A stretch of 62,646 nt of DNA, filler included, from Chiloscyllium plagiosum (Eukaryota), in assembly GCF_004010195.1 (NCBI RefSeq). It is 5 parts of one record of this genome, joined end to end, with 100 filler letters (N's around TTAATTAATTAA, not from the genome) between each part and the next. Parts side by side here need not be neighbours in the genome. Positions count along the whole stretch, not along the records: positions 24,574 to 32,319 come from NC_057710.1; positions 32,420 to 57,659 come from NC_057710.1; 3 more parts are not named here. One strand, 5' to 3'. The notes beneath the pieces are model-generated. The model did not search any database. It saw only the letters and a list, made by a program, of their open reading frames with translations, and was not told where the DNA came from. The translations under genes were made by a program, and so were the position numbers. The stretch's first letter is position 1. Every line of letters begins with the position of its first letter. Positions 25,133-38,587 of the stretch are shown piece by piece.

Positions 25133-27400
25133 TTCATAGAACATAGAACAATACAACGCAGAACAGGCCTTTCAGCCCTCGTTGCATTAACCTGTGAACT
25201 AATCTAAGCCCATCCCCCTTTTCTACTCCATCATCATCCACATGCTTATCCAAGGATTGTTTATATCTCCCTAATGTGACTGAGTTATCTACATTTGCAG
25301 GCAGGGCATTCCACGTCCTTACCACTCTCTGAGTAAAGAACTTGCCTCTGACGTCTGTCTTAAATCTAACATCCTTCAATTTGTAGCTATGCCCCCTCGT
25401 ACAAGCTAACATCATCATCCGAGGAAAAACAGTCTCTCAGTCAACTGTATCTAATCCCATGATCATCTTGTATGTTTCTATCAAATCCCCTCCTTGCTTC
25501 CTTCTTTCCAATGAGATTGGTGTTCTTGGGGCTTCCAATTGGAAGAATGTACATTTGGTCAGGGTACACAAGAATGCTTCAAACATCGGGTTTGCCCTCA
25601 TTGTTATCTGCCAGCATCAGGTAATGCATTTGTTTGATTGAGGTACATTTGACCTTCGATATGATCACCCTATCATCGAAAAATATATTTTGGGTTTAGG
25701 CATGGAGTTGTCCACTGGGCAAGGTAGAAAAGGAAGCTCTAAGATATAATACTTACTTCTCAGTCTTGTTCCTTTAATGTAAGTTGAAATATTTTTTGCA
25801 GGCAGTACCCATTCTGGAGTTCATTCACAAGTTGATCTGTATGTAAGTCAGCACACAGTACAGAGTAATACAAAGCAGCTATTCGTAATTACAGGAAATG
25901 TTCATATGTTGGGTCTTTAAGCTTGCATTCTAACCCATCCATCTGTGCCTGTGTCTAACTCCTTTTTATAAATGACAAACAGCAGTCATCCCAAAACAGA
26001 TCCTTGTGGCACACCATGAGTAACTGGACTCCATGCTGAATATTGTCCATCAACCACCACTCGCTGCTGCCTTACACAAAGCAAGTATGTGATCCAATCT
26101 GCTAAATCACCCTCAATCCCATGCCTCTGCATTTTCTCAACAGCCTACCATGTGGAAACTTATCAAAGGCGTTATTGAAATCCATGTACACCACGTCAAC
26201 TGCCCTACCCTCATCCACATGGTTGGTCGCCTTCTCAAAAAACGTAATGAGGTTTGTGAGACAAGACCTGCCCTTGACGAAATCATGTTGACTACCTGCA
26301 TTAAAATTGTTGCTTGCTAGATGATTATAAATCCTATCTGTCATAATCCTTTCCAAAACTTTTCCTACAACAGACGTAAGGCTCATTGGTCTGTAACTAC
26401 CTGGGTCATTTCTACTGCCCTTCTTGAACAAGGGCACAAAATTTGCAATCCTCCCGTCCTAAACCTGTAGACAAAGACAATTCAACGATCAAAGCCAAAG
26501 GCCCCAACATCACTTCCCTAGCTTCCCAGAGAATCCTCTGACAAATCCCATCTGGCCCAGCAGATTTGTCTACTTTCACTCCTTTGAGAATTGATATCAT
26601 GTCTTCATTAATAACCTCGATCCTTTCTCGTCTAATATGTTGTATCTCATTCTTCTCCTCTACACTATTCTCCTTTTCCTGAGTGAAAACCGATGAGAAA
26701 TATTCATTTAGCACCTCTCTGATCTTCACAGGGTCCACACACAACTTCCCAATTCTGTCTTTGGCTGTATTCCGACCCTATTCATCCTTTTATTCCTTAC
26801 ATACACACAGAAAGCTTTAGGGTTCTCCTTTATTCTACCTGCTAAAAACTGCTCATGTCCTCTCTTTGCTCTTCTTAACTCTCTCTTTAAATCCTTCCTG
26901 ACTAATCTGTAACTCTTCATCTCCTCATCTGAACCATCTCATCACATTGTCACATATGCCTCCTTCTTCTACTTAACAAGAGATGCAATTTCTGTAGTAA
27001 ACCACGGTACCCTTACTTTATCACTTCCTCCCTGCCTGACAGGGACGTACCTATTGAGGGCACATAATATCTGTTCCTTAAACCAGGTCCACATTTCGAT
27101 TGTCCCCACCCCCTGCATTTTGCTACCCCATTCTGTGCATCCTAAATCTTGCCTAATCACATTATAATTGCCTTTGCCCCATTGATAACTCTTGCCCTGT
27201 GGCATGTACCTGTCCCTTTTCCATCGCTAAACTAAACGTAACTGAATTATGGTCACTCTCTTCAAAGTGCTCACCTACCACAAAATCAAACACCTGGCCT
27301 GGTTCATTACCAAGCACCGTGTGGCCTCCCCTCTTGTCAGCCCTTTGCCATACTGTGTCAGGAAATCTCCTGCACGTACTGGACAAAAACTGATCCATCT
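25133..27400 (-). mobile_element. CR1 LINE fragments (3' end 25133-25512; EN-linker-RT about 25925-27400)
   Basis: TRGHSYKL...FFTQRVVRTWNALP; DPGSYRPMSLTS, YMDFNNAFDKFPHGRL, LGNEPGQV...SDHNSV motifs. Confidence 0.85.
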
Positions 27401-28312
27401 GACGACTAGCATTTTCTCTGCTCTGATAGTTATTAGATTTATTTCCTCTCTTTTTTGCCCATTGATTGTTTAGTAATTTTGGAATGTTTTATCAGTTTTC
27501 ATTGTAAAAGACAGTTATGAAGTATTTATTCAACTCCTGTTACTGCATGAGTGGTGACTGTGCCCCTGTGTTGAAATGACAGTCGGTAGAACCTTCCTTA
27601 AAAATCTGTCTCTTTTAACTCTGTCATTTTTCTATTATATTTTAGGTTGTTTGTTAAATTTTACTTCGTAGTGCTTTTGTGAAGTGTCTTAGAATATTGA
27701 AGCTTGTTAAAGGCTGTATAGAAATACATATACTATTATCATCAAATGTGAGAGTCCTGGTCAGTTGTACATTACAGTAGCTCAATATTTGAGTGCAGTG
27801 ACCGCAGGAGTTCCTCAGACTGTCAGTGTCTAAAGATGGGGCTATCTGAAGAGACTTATTGACAGAATAATTATGCTAAAGAGGTGCAAACCGCTGCCCA
27901 AGATAATCCTTCCATTTAAAACAGTTTAAATGGCATATATAAAAACAAACATGGAAGAAACTAGGTCAGGCAGCATCAGTGGAGAGAAGCAGAGTTAGCA
28001 TTTCAAATTGATGGCCTTTTATTGGAGCTTTGATCAGAATTCTAACATCTGCAGTATTTTGATTTTGTACTTCTGTTTGTGATGCTGTTGTAATTGTGCA
28101 GATGGTGACTGCAACTTAGTTTTCCATTTTGAAGGTTGGTTTGCGTAAGTGGAACAAGTTTGAGGGACGAAGCTTATTCCTGAACTCCTTGACTGTGTGT
28201 AGACTAGAAGTGGTTTGATATTGGTGGCCGGATTTGCATACCATTGTAGACTGCTGCATTCTTTCCTGTTTAAAAATACTGGCCTTGGTAAGGTACCAAA
28301 ATGATACGAAAC

Positions 28313-31300
28313 TCATAGAGTCAGAAAGACGTACAGCAGGGAAACAGACCCTTCGGTCCAATTAGTCCATGCTGAACGATATCCGAACCTAATCCAGTCC
28401 CATTTGCCAGTCCCATATCCCTCTAAACCCTTCCTATTGATATACTCATCCAAACGCCCTTTAAATGCTGTAATTGTACCAGCCTTCACCATTTCTTGTG
28501 GCAGCTCATTCCACCACCTCTGCATGAAAATGTTGTCCCTTTAGGTCCCTTTTAAATTTTTCCCCTCTCGCCCCAAACCTATGCCCGCTAGTTCTGGACT
28601 CACCACCCCAGGGAAAAGACCTTAGTCTGTTTACCCTATCCATGCCCCTCATGATTTTATAAACCTCTGTAAGGTCACCCCTCAGCCTTCCCCTCCAGGG
28701 AAGTGAGAGTCATAGAGTCAAAGAAATGTACAGCACGGTAACAGACCCTTCGGTCCAACCCGTCAATGCCGACCAGATATCCCAACCCAATCTAGTCCCA
28801 TCTGCCAGCACCCATATCCCTTCAAACCCTTCCTATTCATATACCTATCCAAATGCCTTTTAAATGTTGCAATTATACAGCCTCCACCATTTCCTCTGGC
28901 AGCTCATTCCATACACGTACCACCCTCTGCGTGAAAAAGTTGCTCCTTGGGTCTCTTTTATATCTTTGCCTCTCACCCTAAACCTATGCCCTCTAGTTCT
29001 GGACTCCCCCACCCCAGGGAAAAGACTGCCTATTTATCCTATCCATACCCCTCAAAATTTTGTAAAGCTCTATAAGGTCACCCCTCAGCCTCTGACAGTC
29101 CAGGGAGAAAAGCCCCAGCCTGTTCAACCTCCCTACAGCTCAAATCCTCAAACCCTGGCAAGATCCTTATAAATCTTTTCTGAACCCTTTCAAGTTTCAC
29201 AACATCTTTCTGATAGGAAGGAGACCAGAATCGCATGTGATATTCCAGCAGTGGCGTAACCATTGTCCTGTACAGCCGCAACATGACCTCCCAACTCCTG
29301 TACTCAATACTCTGACCAATAAAAGAAAGCATACCAAACACTGCCTTCAATATCCTATCTACCTTCAACTGCACTTTCAAGGAGCTTTGAACCTGCACTC
29401 CAAGGTCTATTTGTTCAGCAACACTCCCTAGGACCTTACCATTAAGTGTATAAATCCTGCTAAGATTTGCTTTCCCAAAATGCAGCGCCTCGTATTTATC
29501 TGAATTAAACTCCATCTGCCACTCCTTAGCCCGTTGGCCCATCTGATCAAGATCCCGTTTTAGTCTGAGGTCACCTCCTTCTCTGTCCACTACACCTCCC
29601 ATTTTGGTGATATCTGAAACTTACTAACTGTACCTTTTATGCTCTAATCCGAATCACTTATATAAATGAAGAAAAGTAGTGGACACAGCATCGATCCTTG
29701 TGGCACTCCACTGGTCACAGGCCTCCAGTCTGAAAAACAACCCTCCCACCACCACCTTCTGTCTTCTACCTTTGAGCCAGTCCTATATCCAAATGGCTAG
29801 TACTCCCTGTATTCCCTGGGATCTAACCAGCCTCTCTCGGGGAACCTTTTCGCACGCCTTACTGAGGTCCATATAAAACCTGTCCACCTCTCTGCCCTCA
29901 TCAATCCTCATTGTTACTTCTTCAGGAAACTCAGTCAAGTTTGTAAGACATGAATTCCCATGCACAAAGCAATGTTGACTATCCCTAATCAGTCCTTGCC
30001 TTTTCATATGCATGTAAATCCTGTCACTCAGGCTTCCCTCCAACAACTTGCCCACCACCGATGTCAGGCTCACTGGTCTACAATTCCCTGGCTTGTCCTT
30101 ACCATCCTTCCTAAACAGTGGCACCACGTTAGCAAACCTCCAGTCTTCCGGCACCTCACCTGTGACTATCGACGATACAAATATCTCAGCAAGGGGTCCA
30201 GCAATCACTTCCCTTGTTTCCCATAGAGTTTGAGGGTACACTTGATCAGGACCTGGGAATTTATCCAAATTTATGCGTTTCAAGACATCCAGCACTTCCT
30301 CCTGTAATATGGACATTTTTCAAGATGTCACCATCTATTTCCCTACATTCTATATCTTCCATGTCCTTTTCCACAATAAACACTGATGCAAAATACACTC
30401 TTAGTATCTCTCCCATCTCCTGCTGCTCCACACAAAGGCTGCCTTGCTGATCTTTGAGGGGCCCTGTCCTCTCCCGAGTTACCCTTTTGTCCTTAATGTA
30501 TTTGTAAAAACTCTTTGGATTCCCCTTAACCCTATTTGCCGAAGCTATCTCATGTCCCCTTTTTGTCCTCCTGATTTCCCTCTTCCGTATACTCCTACTG
30601 CTTTCATACTCTAAGGATTCACTCGATCTATCTTGTTTATATTTGACATATGCTTCCTTTTTCTGAACTAAACCCTTGCTTTCTTTAGTCATCCAGCATT
30701 CCATTCAACGACCAACCTTTCCTTTCACCCTGACAGGAATATATGGTGTCTACACTCTTGTTATCTCATTTTCTAGCCGTCTCTTTTCCTGCGAACATCT
30801 GCCCCCAATCATCTTTTGAAAGTTCTTGCCTAATACCGTCAAAATGAGCCTTTCTCCAATTTAGAACTTCAACTTTTAGATCTGGTCTATCCTTTTCCGT
30901 CACTATTTTAAAACTAATAGAGTTCTGGTCACTGGCCACAAAGTGCTCCTCCTCTGACATTTCATTCACCTACCCTGCCTAATTTCCCAACAGGTCAAGA
31001 TTTGCACCTTCTCTAGTAGCTATATCCCCATGTTGAATCAGAACATTTTCTTGTGTGCTTAACAAATTCCTCTTCATCTAAACCCTTAACACTCTGGCAG
31101 TCCTAGTCTATGTTTGGAAAGTTAAAATCCACGACCATTACCACCCTATTATTCTTACAGATAACTGAGATCTCCTTACAAGTAGTCAGTCAATTTCCTG
31201 TTGACTATTAGGAGGTCTACAATACAATCTCAATAAGGTGATCATCCCTTTCTTATTTCTCAGTTCCGCCCAAGTAACTTCCCTGGATGTATTTCGGGGA

Positions 31301-31895
31301 ATATCCTCCTTCAGTACAGCTGTAATGCTATCCCTTATCAAAAACATCACTCTGCCTCCTCTCTTGCGTCTCTTTTTGTCCTTCCTGTAGCATTTATATC
31401 CTGGAACATTAAACTGCCAGTCCTGCCCATCCCTGAGCCACGTTTCTGCAATTGCTATGATATCTCAGTCCCATGTTCGTAACCATGCCCTGAGTTCATC
31501 TGCCTTCCTTGGCAATTTATCAATGCAGTTTATCAGTCTTACCTTGTTCTCTGCTTTGTCCCTGCCTGCCTTGACTGCTTAACTCACTTCTGTTCTCAAC
31601 AGTACCAATCTCAGATTGATCTCTTTCCTCATTATCTCCCTGGGTCCCACCCCCACCTTAATAGTCTAAATCCTCCTGAGCAGCTCTAGTAAATCTGCCT
31701 GGCAGTATATTTGTCCCTTTCCAATTCAGGTATGATTCATCCTTCTTGTACAGGTCACTTCTTTGAATGGCTTCACCCCAAAAGAGATTGCAATGATCCA
31801 AAAATGTAAATCCTTCTCCCATGCACCAGCTCCTCAGCCATCATCTGCTCTGTCTTCTTATTCCTATCCTCACTCACTCGCAGCACCAGGAGTAA
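28313..31895 (-). mobile_element. Two tandem CR1 copies: short 3' end (28313-28702) and long decayed ORF2 (28707-31895)
   Basis: Two TCATAGAG-type tails; RT and EN motifs in ORFs 29078..29602, 29783..30316, 30261..30704 and 30766..30969. Confidence 0.9.
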
Positions 31896-31896
31896 T

Positions 31897-31920
31897 TCTT
31901 TCTTTCTTTCTTTCTTTCTG

Positions 31921-31951
<31 letters not shown>

Positions 31952-32319
31952 GTCTTTCTTTCTTTCTGTCTTTCTTTCTTTCTGTCTTTCTTTCTTTCTG
32001 TCTTTCTTTCTTTCTGTCTTTCTTTCTTTCTGTCTTTCTTTCTTTCTGTCTTTCTTTCTTTCTGTCTTTCTTTCTTTCTGTCTTTCTTTCTTTCTGTCTT
32101 TCTTTCTTTCTGTCTTTCTTTCTTTCTGTCTTTCTTTCTTTCTGTCTTTCTTTCTTTCTGTCTTTCTTTCTTTCTGTCTTTCTTTCTTTCTGTCTTTCTT
32201 TCTTTCTGTCTTTCTTTCTTTCTGTCTTTCTTTCTTTCTGTCTTTCTTTCTTTCTGTCTTTCTTTCTTTCTGTCTTTCTTTCTTTCTGTCTTTCTTTCTT
32301 TCTTTCTTTCTGTCTTTCT
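31897..32319. repeat. Compound tetranucleotide microsatellite, mostly (TCTG)(TCTT)3 16-mer units
   Basis: Read directly from the sequence; runs into a gap. Confidence 0.97.
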
Positions 32320-32419
32320 NNNNNNNNNNNNNNNNNNNNNNNNNNNNNNNNNNNNNNNNNNNNTTAATTAATTAANNNNNNNNNNNNNNNNNNNNNNNNN
32401 NNNNNNNNNNNNNNNNNNN
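32320..32419. other. Assembly gap spacer
   Basis: N44-TTAATTAATTAA-N44. Confidence 0.97.
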
Positions 32420-32798
32420 CCCCCTCCTTTTTTACCACCCTCCCTAATCTTACTGAAACATCTGTAACCAGGAACTTCCAACAGCCATTCCTGTCCCTCT
32501 TCTATCCACGTTTCCGTGATGGCTACAACATCGTAGTCCCAGGTACCGATCCACGCCTTAAGTTCACCCACCTTATTTCTCCTTGCATTAAAGTATACAC
32601 ACTTGAACCCATCTCTGTGTCCGCAAGTATTCCCTGTCAGTGCTACCTTCTCCACAGCCTCCCTACATTCTTGGACATCCTGAAAAACAGCTAACCTACT
32701 TGCTGGACTACAAGTCCGGATCCCATCCCCCTGCCAAATTAGTTTAAACCCCCCCAAAGAGTGCTAGCAAACCTACCTCCGAGGATATTGGTACCCTT
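32420..32798 (-). mobile_element. CR1 ORF1 end / ORF2 endonuclease start
   Basis: FKCVYFNAR...KVGELKAWIGTWDYDVVAITETW...GKKGG. Confidence 0.85.
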
Positions 32799-33061
32799 CA
32801 ACAGAAGGCTGTGGAGTCCAAGTCATTGAATGCATTTAAGACAGAGATAGGTAGTTTCTTGATTAGTAAGCGGATCAAAGGTTTACCGGAGAAAACATGA
32901 GAATGGTGTTGAGAAACATATCAACCATATCAAATACTGAAGCAGACACAATGGGCTGAATTATCCAATGATCTAAAATGGTCTTATGATCTTTTAAATA
33001 CACACCACTAATTATATTTCGCCAGAAGTATTAATACTTGTTAATATATGTTCACTTACAA

Positions 33062-33886
33062 GCCATAGGCAGATGGAGTTGAATTTAAGTAAATGTGAGG
33101 TGCTGTATTTTGGAATAGCAAATCAGGCTTATACACTTATGGTAAGGTCCTGAGGAGTGTTGCTGAACAAAGAGACTTTGGTGTGAAGATTCATAGTTCC
33201 TTGGAAGTGGAGTGTCAGTTATATAAGATAGTGACGAAGAGCAGAGCACTGTTGGTCAGAGCACTGGTCATTTATTAGTCAGAGCACTGAGTATAGGAGT
33301 TGGGAGATCATGTTGCAGCTGACCAGGACATTGGTTAGGTGACTACTGAAATATTGCATGCAATTCTGGTCTCTCTCCTATAGCAAGGATGTTGTGAAAC
33401 TTGAAAGGGTTCAAAAAAGATTTACAAGGATGTTGTCAGGGTTGGAGCGTTGAGCTGTAAGGAGAGGCTGAATAGGCTGGGGCTGTTTTCCCTGCAGTGT
33501 CAGAGGCTGAGGAGTACCTTATAGCATTTTATAAAATCATAAGCAGTATGGACAGGGTAATTAGACAAGGTCTTTTCCCTGAGGTGGGGGAATCCAGAAC
33601 TGGAGGGCATAGGATTAGGGTGAAAAAGGAAAGATTTAAAAGAGACCTAAGGGGAAATCTTGCCAGACAGAAAGTGGTCTGTGTATGGAATGCAAGAGGA
33701 AGTGTTAGAAGCTGGTACAATTACAACATTTAAAAGGCATCTGGATGGGTGTATGAATAGGAAAGGTTTAGAGGGATTTGGGCCAAGTGCTGGCAAATAG
33801 AACTAAATTAATTTAGGATATCCGGTCGGCAAGGACAAGTTGGAATGAAGGGTCTGTTGCTATGCTCTACATCTCTATGATTCTAC
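33062..33886 (+). mobile_element. 5'-truncated CR1 LINE
   Basis: Homologous to the 3' part of the 38588-40275 copy; CTCTATGATTCTA tail. Confidence 0.85.
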
Positions 33887-34258
33887 AATCACCAACAATA
33901 ACTTATATTTTTATAGTGTCTTTAATGTAACAAAACAGTCCAAAATACTTCATTGATGATGGTCAGATCCAAGGAAAAAATGGGAGGCAAATTAGCCATG
34001 GATGTAAGCACTAGAAAAGGGGCAAGTTTTGAAGAATTCCGAAGAAGTCAAAACAGACTTGAAATGTTACTTCTATTTCTCTCCCCACAGATGCTGCCAG
34101 ACCTGTTGAGACTCTCCAGCACTTTCTGTTTTTATTTCAGGGAACCAGCATGAGCAGTATTTTATCTTTATTCCAATACAAGTTCTTCAATGTCAATAAA
34201 GATTCTGTCACAGAATGTGTATGTTGCTGGCCAGGACAACGCTTTTGCTAATCCCTCA

Positions 34259-34693
<435 letters not shown>

Positions 34694-35073
34694 CTAATAA
34701 AAGTATTACAGTGTAGCAGGTGATAAGGAAATAATGAATGTATTTGAACAGTTTTTTTCATAGAGAAGATAAGCCAAATGATATCATTGTACTGTATGAT
34801 CCCAGGTTGGGCAATAATATGGCAGTAGGCCTCATCATCTGAACTCTCTCTCATTCCACACTGTTGTTTCACCTCAGCCTTAAATACAGTTAGTGAAGAA
34901 AAACCATCTTGATGTGTCATTGAAATCTTGCTTCATGCAAGTGATTTGTACCATTTAAAACATCCAAGCAAAACATAATTACAGGCATATTTAAAATGAT
35001 CTAAATCAAAAATGCCTGTGTTGGCTTTTGATGCCTTCTGTGGGCGAGATGTGTTAAATATATTTTACACTTT

Positions 35074-35099
35074 TATATATATATATATATATATATATA
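35074..35099. repeat. (TA)n microsatellite
   Basis: Direct read. Confidence 0.95.
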
Positions 35100-35589
35100 C
35101 TTTTTGACAGATATATTCTAAATAATGTTACCATTGCAGAGAACAAAATCTAAATTTAAAGCATTTTTCCCCAAACTGCAGATTTTACATCTTCATGCAA
35201 ACAATTAACCTCCCTACAATTAATAGAAGCATCTAACATGAAAATGTGGTCTGTTTAGTCATGGTAGACAGATAAATGAGGAAATATAATGGGAGATGTC
35301 CCGCTTTGATATTCTTAGCACATCCTTTCCCAGCAAATTATATAACCCAGTAAAAAATAGTGATTGAAATATATTTGGACATGATCAGATATACGCTTCC
35401 AACATTTGGAGCATTGAAGCAAAATTTCTCCCTACTATTTCAAATGCACATCTTATGCAAACATTCCTTTCATGGTCCAAAACATTCCATAAATGGTCCA
35501 AAGTTCATCTTGGCATCAAGCACAACACCAAAGTTGCAAGGAATCGTGTTCAATTTCAGAAAATTGCCAGCTCATTGTGCAAAGTTTAC

Positions 35590-35700
35590 CTTCACAGGAA
35601 TTCTGATCGTCACTCAGAACATAGCCCTCTTTACACTCACAGTGATTTTCTTCCAAGTCTTTTTTGCAGATGTTTCCATTGTCTCTTTCTGCAGAAATAG
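35590..35700 (-). CDS. EGF: Pro-EGF exon (equivalent to human exon 6), first EGF-like module, apparently with only 4 Cys
   Basis: Acceptor gtttctgttag|CT (alternative in-frame cag| start at 35688), donor G|gtaaac; 111 bp, phase 1 to 1. Translates AISAERDNGNICKKDLEENHCECKEGYVLSDDQNSCE. Confidence 0.87.
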
Positions 35701-36408
35701 CTAACAGAAACAGGAAAGCAACAATGTTAAAGGTACAGTTTTCAGATTCTCCTTTTAATAATGTCAAGGTAATGTGAATTGAGATCTTAGGGATGAATTT
35801 CCAGAAGTGTGCCTTGCCCATCAGGGTAGCTTATCCAGAAAGTGTTGCAAGCCTCCAAATCATTCAAAACTGTTTTTCCTCTATCCATGAATGATATTAC
35901 AGTTTGCAAATTAAGGTTTGTGGAATAGAACTTTATTTTAAACTTAATAATTATTAGAAAATCTATTTACCAATGCACAATTTTGCCACTCTCAGACAAT
36001 GCTACAGAAGTTCTTAAATTTGTGATGTACTAGGTTGGTCATTTATCTGCCTTTCCCATTGGTGCTATTGGCTGGAAGAAGCACTGCAAGAAGCACTGGC
36101 TGGAAAGAATGTGGACACAGACTGCTTGAGGAATCTATGGAAATTCAAACTGTATGATCCAGCAATTCTCATTCATAACTGGATCATTGTAGACAAGGAA
36201 TCAACATTTTTATGACTCTATGACTGTGATTACCTATGATTACCTCCATTCTTCATAAGTTTGTACCAAGCTATCTGTCTCAGTTGGTGGAAGCCTCTAT
36301 TCAACCCTATGGTGCATTTGGCGCTCCTGGGGGTCGGTGATGGGGCTGGAGGGTTACTACCACTATTCCACGTCCACCTGAATATGTTTGGGCCAGGACA
36401 ATTCATGG

Positions 36409-36619
36409 CTGGAAATGTGTTGCTGGAAAAGCGCAGCAGGTCAGACAGCATCCAGGGAACAGGAGAATCGACGTTTCGGGCATAAGCCCTTCTTCAGGAA
36501 AGGGCTTATGCCCGAAACGTCGATTCTCCTGTTCCCTGGATGCTGTCTGACCTGCTGCGCTTTTCCAGCAACACATTTCCAGCTTTGATCTCCAGCATCT
36601 GCAGACCTCACTTTCTCCT
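36409..36619 (+). mobile_element. Penelope-like mini-insertion: inverted pLTR plus pLTR end (84-bp perfect hairpin)
   Basis: Arms 36408-36491 and 36500-36583, 8-nt loop; 16-bp TSD CCAGGACAATTCATGG at 36393-36408 and 36620-36635. Confidence 0.88.
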
Positions 36620-37157
36620 CCAGGACAATTCATGGACAGCTCAGTTCACTTGCGTTAACTCACTAACAGGTAGAGAACTCATCGTGGTGGGAACACGACA
36701 AATATACTTCGTGTTTGCTTGGGTGCTTCCAGGAGGTTGGGGTCCCTCATTAAAGACACTCAGCACTGAATCAAGAGATTCAGAATCAGGAAAGCCTACA
36801 GCTAGCCACCTACTTTGAATGCAATTACTTTCCTGAGTAAACCTCTTCTTGCACACTCATACCCATGTCACTCATTTTGTACCTGGGTCCATCCTCAATC
36901 AAGGCCATAGCTAATTGCTATATTGGCAGGACCATCACACACACAGCCTCCCCAAACCACACACCCCCAACACCCTCAACCCTGGCCTCCTGCCCAGCCA
37001 GTCATGCCACTGTGGCCATTGTCATAATAATCAAATCCTCATCAGGGACTGATTATATAGGTGGTTTATTTGAAGAAGTAAATCACAGTATCGGTTATGA
37101 AGCAGACATTACAGTTTACAAACATGAAGCAGACTTTCAAGAAGAGTTGTGATAATG

Positions 37158-37182
37158 CACACACACACACACACACACACAC
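37158..37182. repeat. (CA)n microsatellite
   Basis: Direct read. Confidence 0.95.
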
Positions 37183-37365
37183 GGAAGTTTATCTCATTAC
37201 AATAATGTGAACCTAAGAAGCTTCATTATGTAATTTACTGACACATCTAGTTCACATTTATGGTGACTTTGCCTCTTGTTTCTTTCTGTGTTCTGGACCT
37301 TATATGGTACAACAGGACTGAGAGATCATTGGGAAACTAGAACAGACCTGATCTATCTTCAGTTC

Positions 37366-37934
37366 TGTAAGAGGTAATTTCGGTTTAAACTTTAAGATGT
37401 GCCTGGACCACAGACTGATCTATAATAAAAGACAAAACCTTTGTTTCTTTTCTAACAACCATTTTATATACTCAAAAGTAGAGTAGTTTAAATTGTGCAG
37501 AATGCTGACAATTTGTGAGCTATAGTGAAAGCGAGCAGGCTCTTGATTAATGAAGCCATTCACATAGCAGAGAAGGATGAGTCCTTCGCTGATAAGACTC
37601 CAGGATGGGAGTGCGACTTGAGACATCTGTTTCAAGATTAAAGCTTTTGACTGATAAGACTACAGGGTGAGAAAAACAACAAACTTTGGAGACTCTGGAG
37701 CCTTTTGTTGCAGACTTTGTGATAAAAATAATGATGTTTTTAAGAATGTGAACCTCATGGCTTGTTGGAGCCAAGGAGAGGAGGGACTTGTCCTATAAAT
37801 AATGGAGACTTTGTAAGCCTCAGCGCGCCTTTTCTTTAAGGGTGCCCGACTCTGCAGACTTGACTTGTTAATAAAACTTTGTTTTCCTGAATTTGTCTAG
37901 AGCGATTATTGAGAAGCGATTTTCGTTTCTAACA
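37366..37934 (+). mobile_element. Solo LTR (ERV- or Gypsy-type), 569 bp
   Basis: Termini TGTAAGA...TCTAACA; 5-bp TSD AGTTC at 37361-37365 and 37935-37939; TATAAAT at 37794 and AATAAA at 37870 in the expected order. Confidence 0.8.
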
Positions 37935-38587
37935 AGTTCCATCTCACCATTGTGTTAACTTATGTGTGTATAGACCAGTTCAGATCACATTTTGTTACCT
38001 CGGCTGAGTGCCATCTGCTTCCTGTGGGATCGTGAACACAAAATTGTCATTCCCTGTGTAATCTTCAAAATTTTGCATCCATATTTTTATTTTAAGCTCA
38101 TTTGTCATTATCTGTTGCAGTTTTACAAGCTGCCCTCGAGTTTCAAAATTAGCACTTTGAATACGACTCCATAAATTGGTATGTGAGTCAAACATGCACC
38201 CCACTGGTGATGGAATGGTTGCACTCTGAAGTATTGCTCTCAAGTGTGACATTAGAATGTGTAGATCTTGCTTGGGCCTGGCTACATTTGAGGATTAGGT
38301 TTTTGATTGTGCAAATAATACATTCAGCTAGACCATTGGACTTGTGATAAGTGGACAAACAATTATGTGTTTAACTTTCCTGAAATACCTTCCCAATCAA
38401 TTGTCCAGAAAGATCTCATGAGGAGTGCTGTAAAATTACAAGTTTTATAATGAATTGAAAGTGACTTTACTGAAGCTTCAAAGAAGTCCTGCTGATCCCC
38501 ACATCATTTCAAAGGTATACTTTTTGCCTCAATAATTCTCCAAGTGCTGAAGACTTTAAAGTAAAATTAGAAATGTGTGAAGATTCC

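Noticed and set aside
31763..32371. 202-aa F/L/S-rich ORF resembling a membrane protein
   Set aside because: It is the translation of the TCTT/TCTG microsatellite running into Ns.
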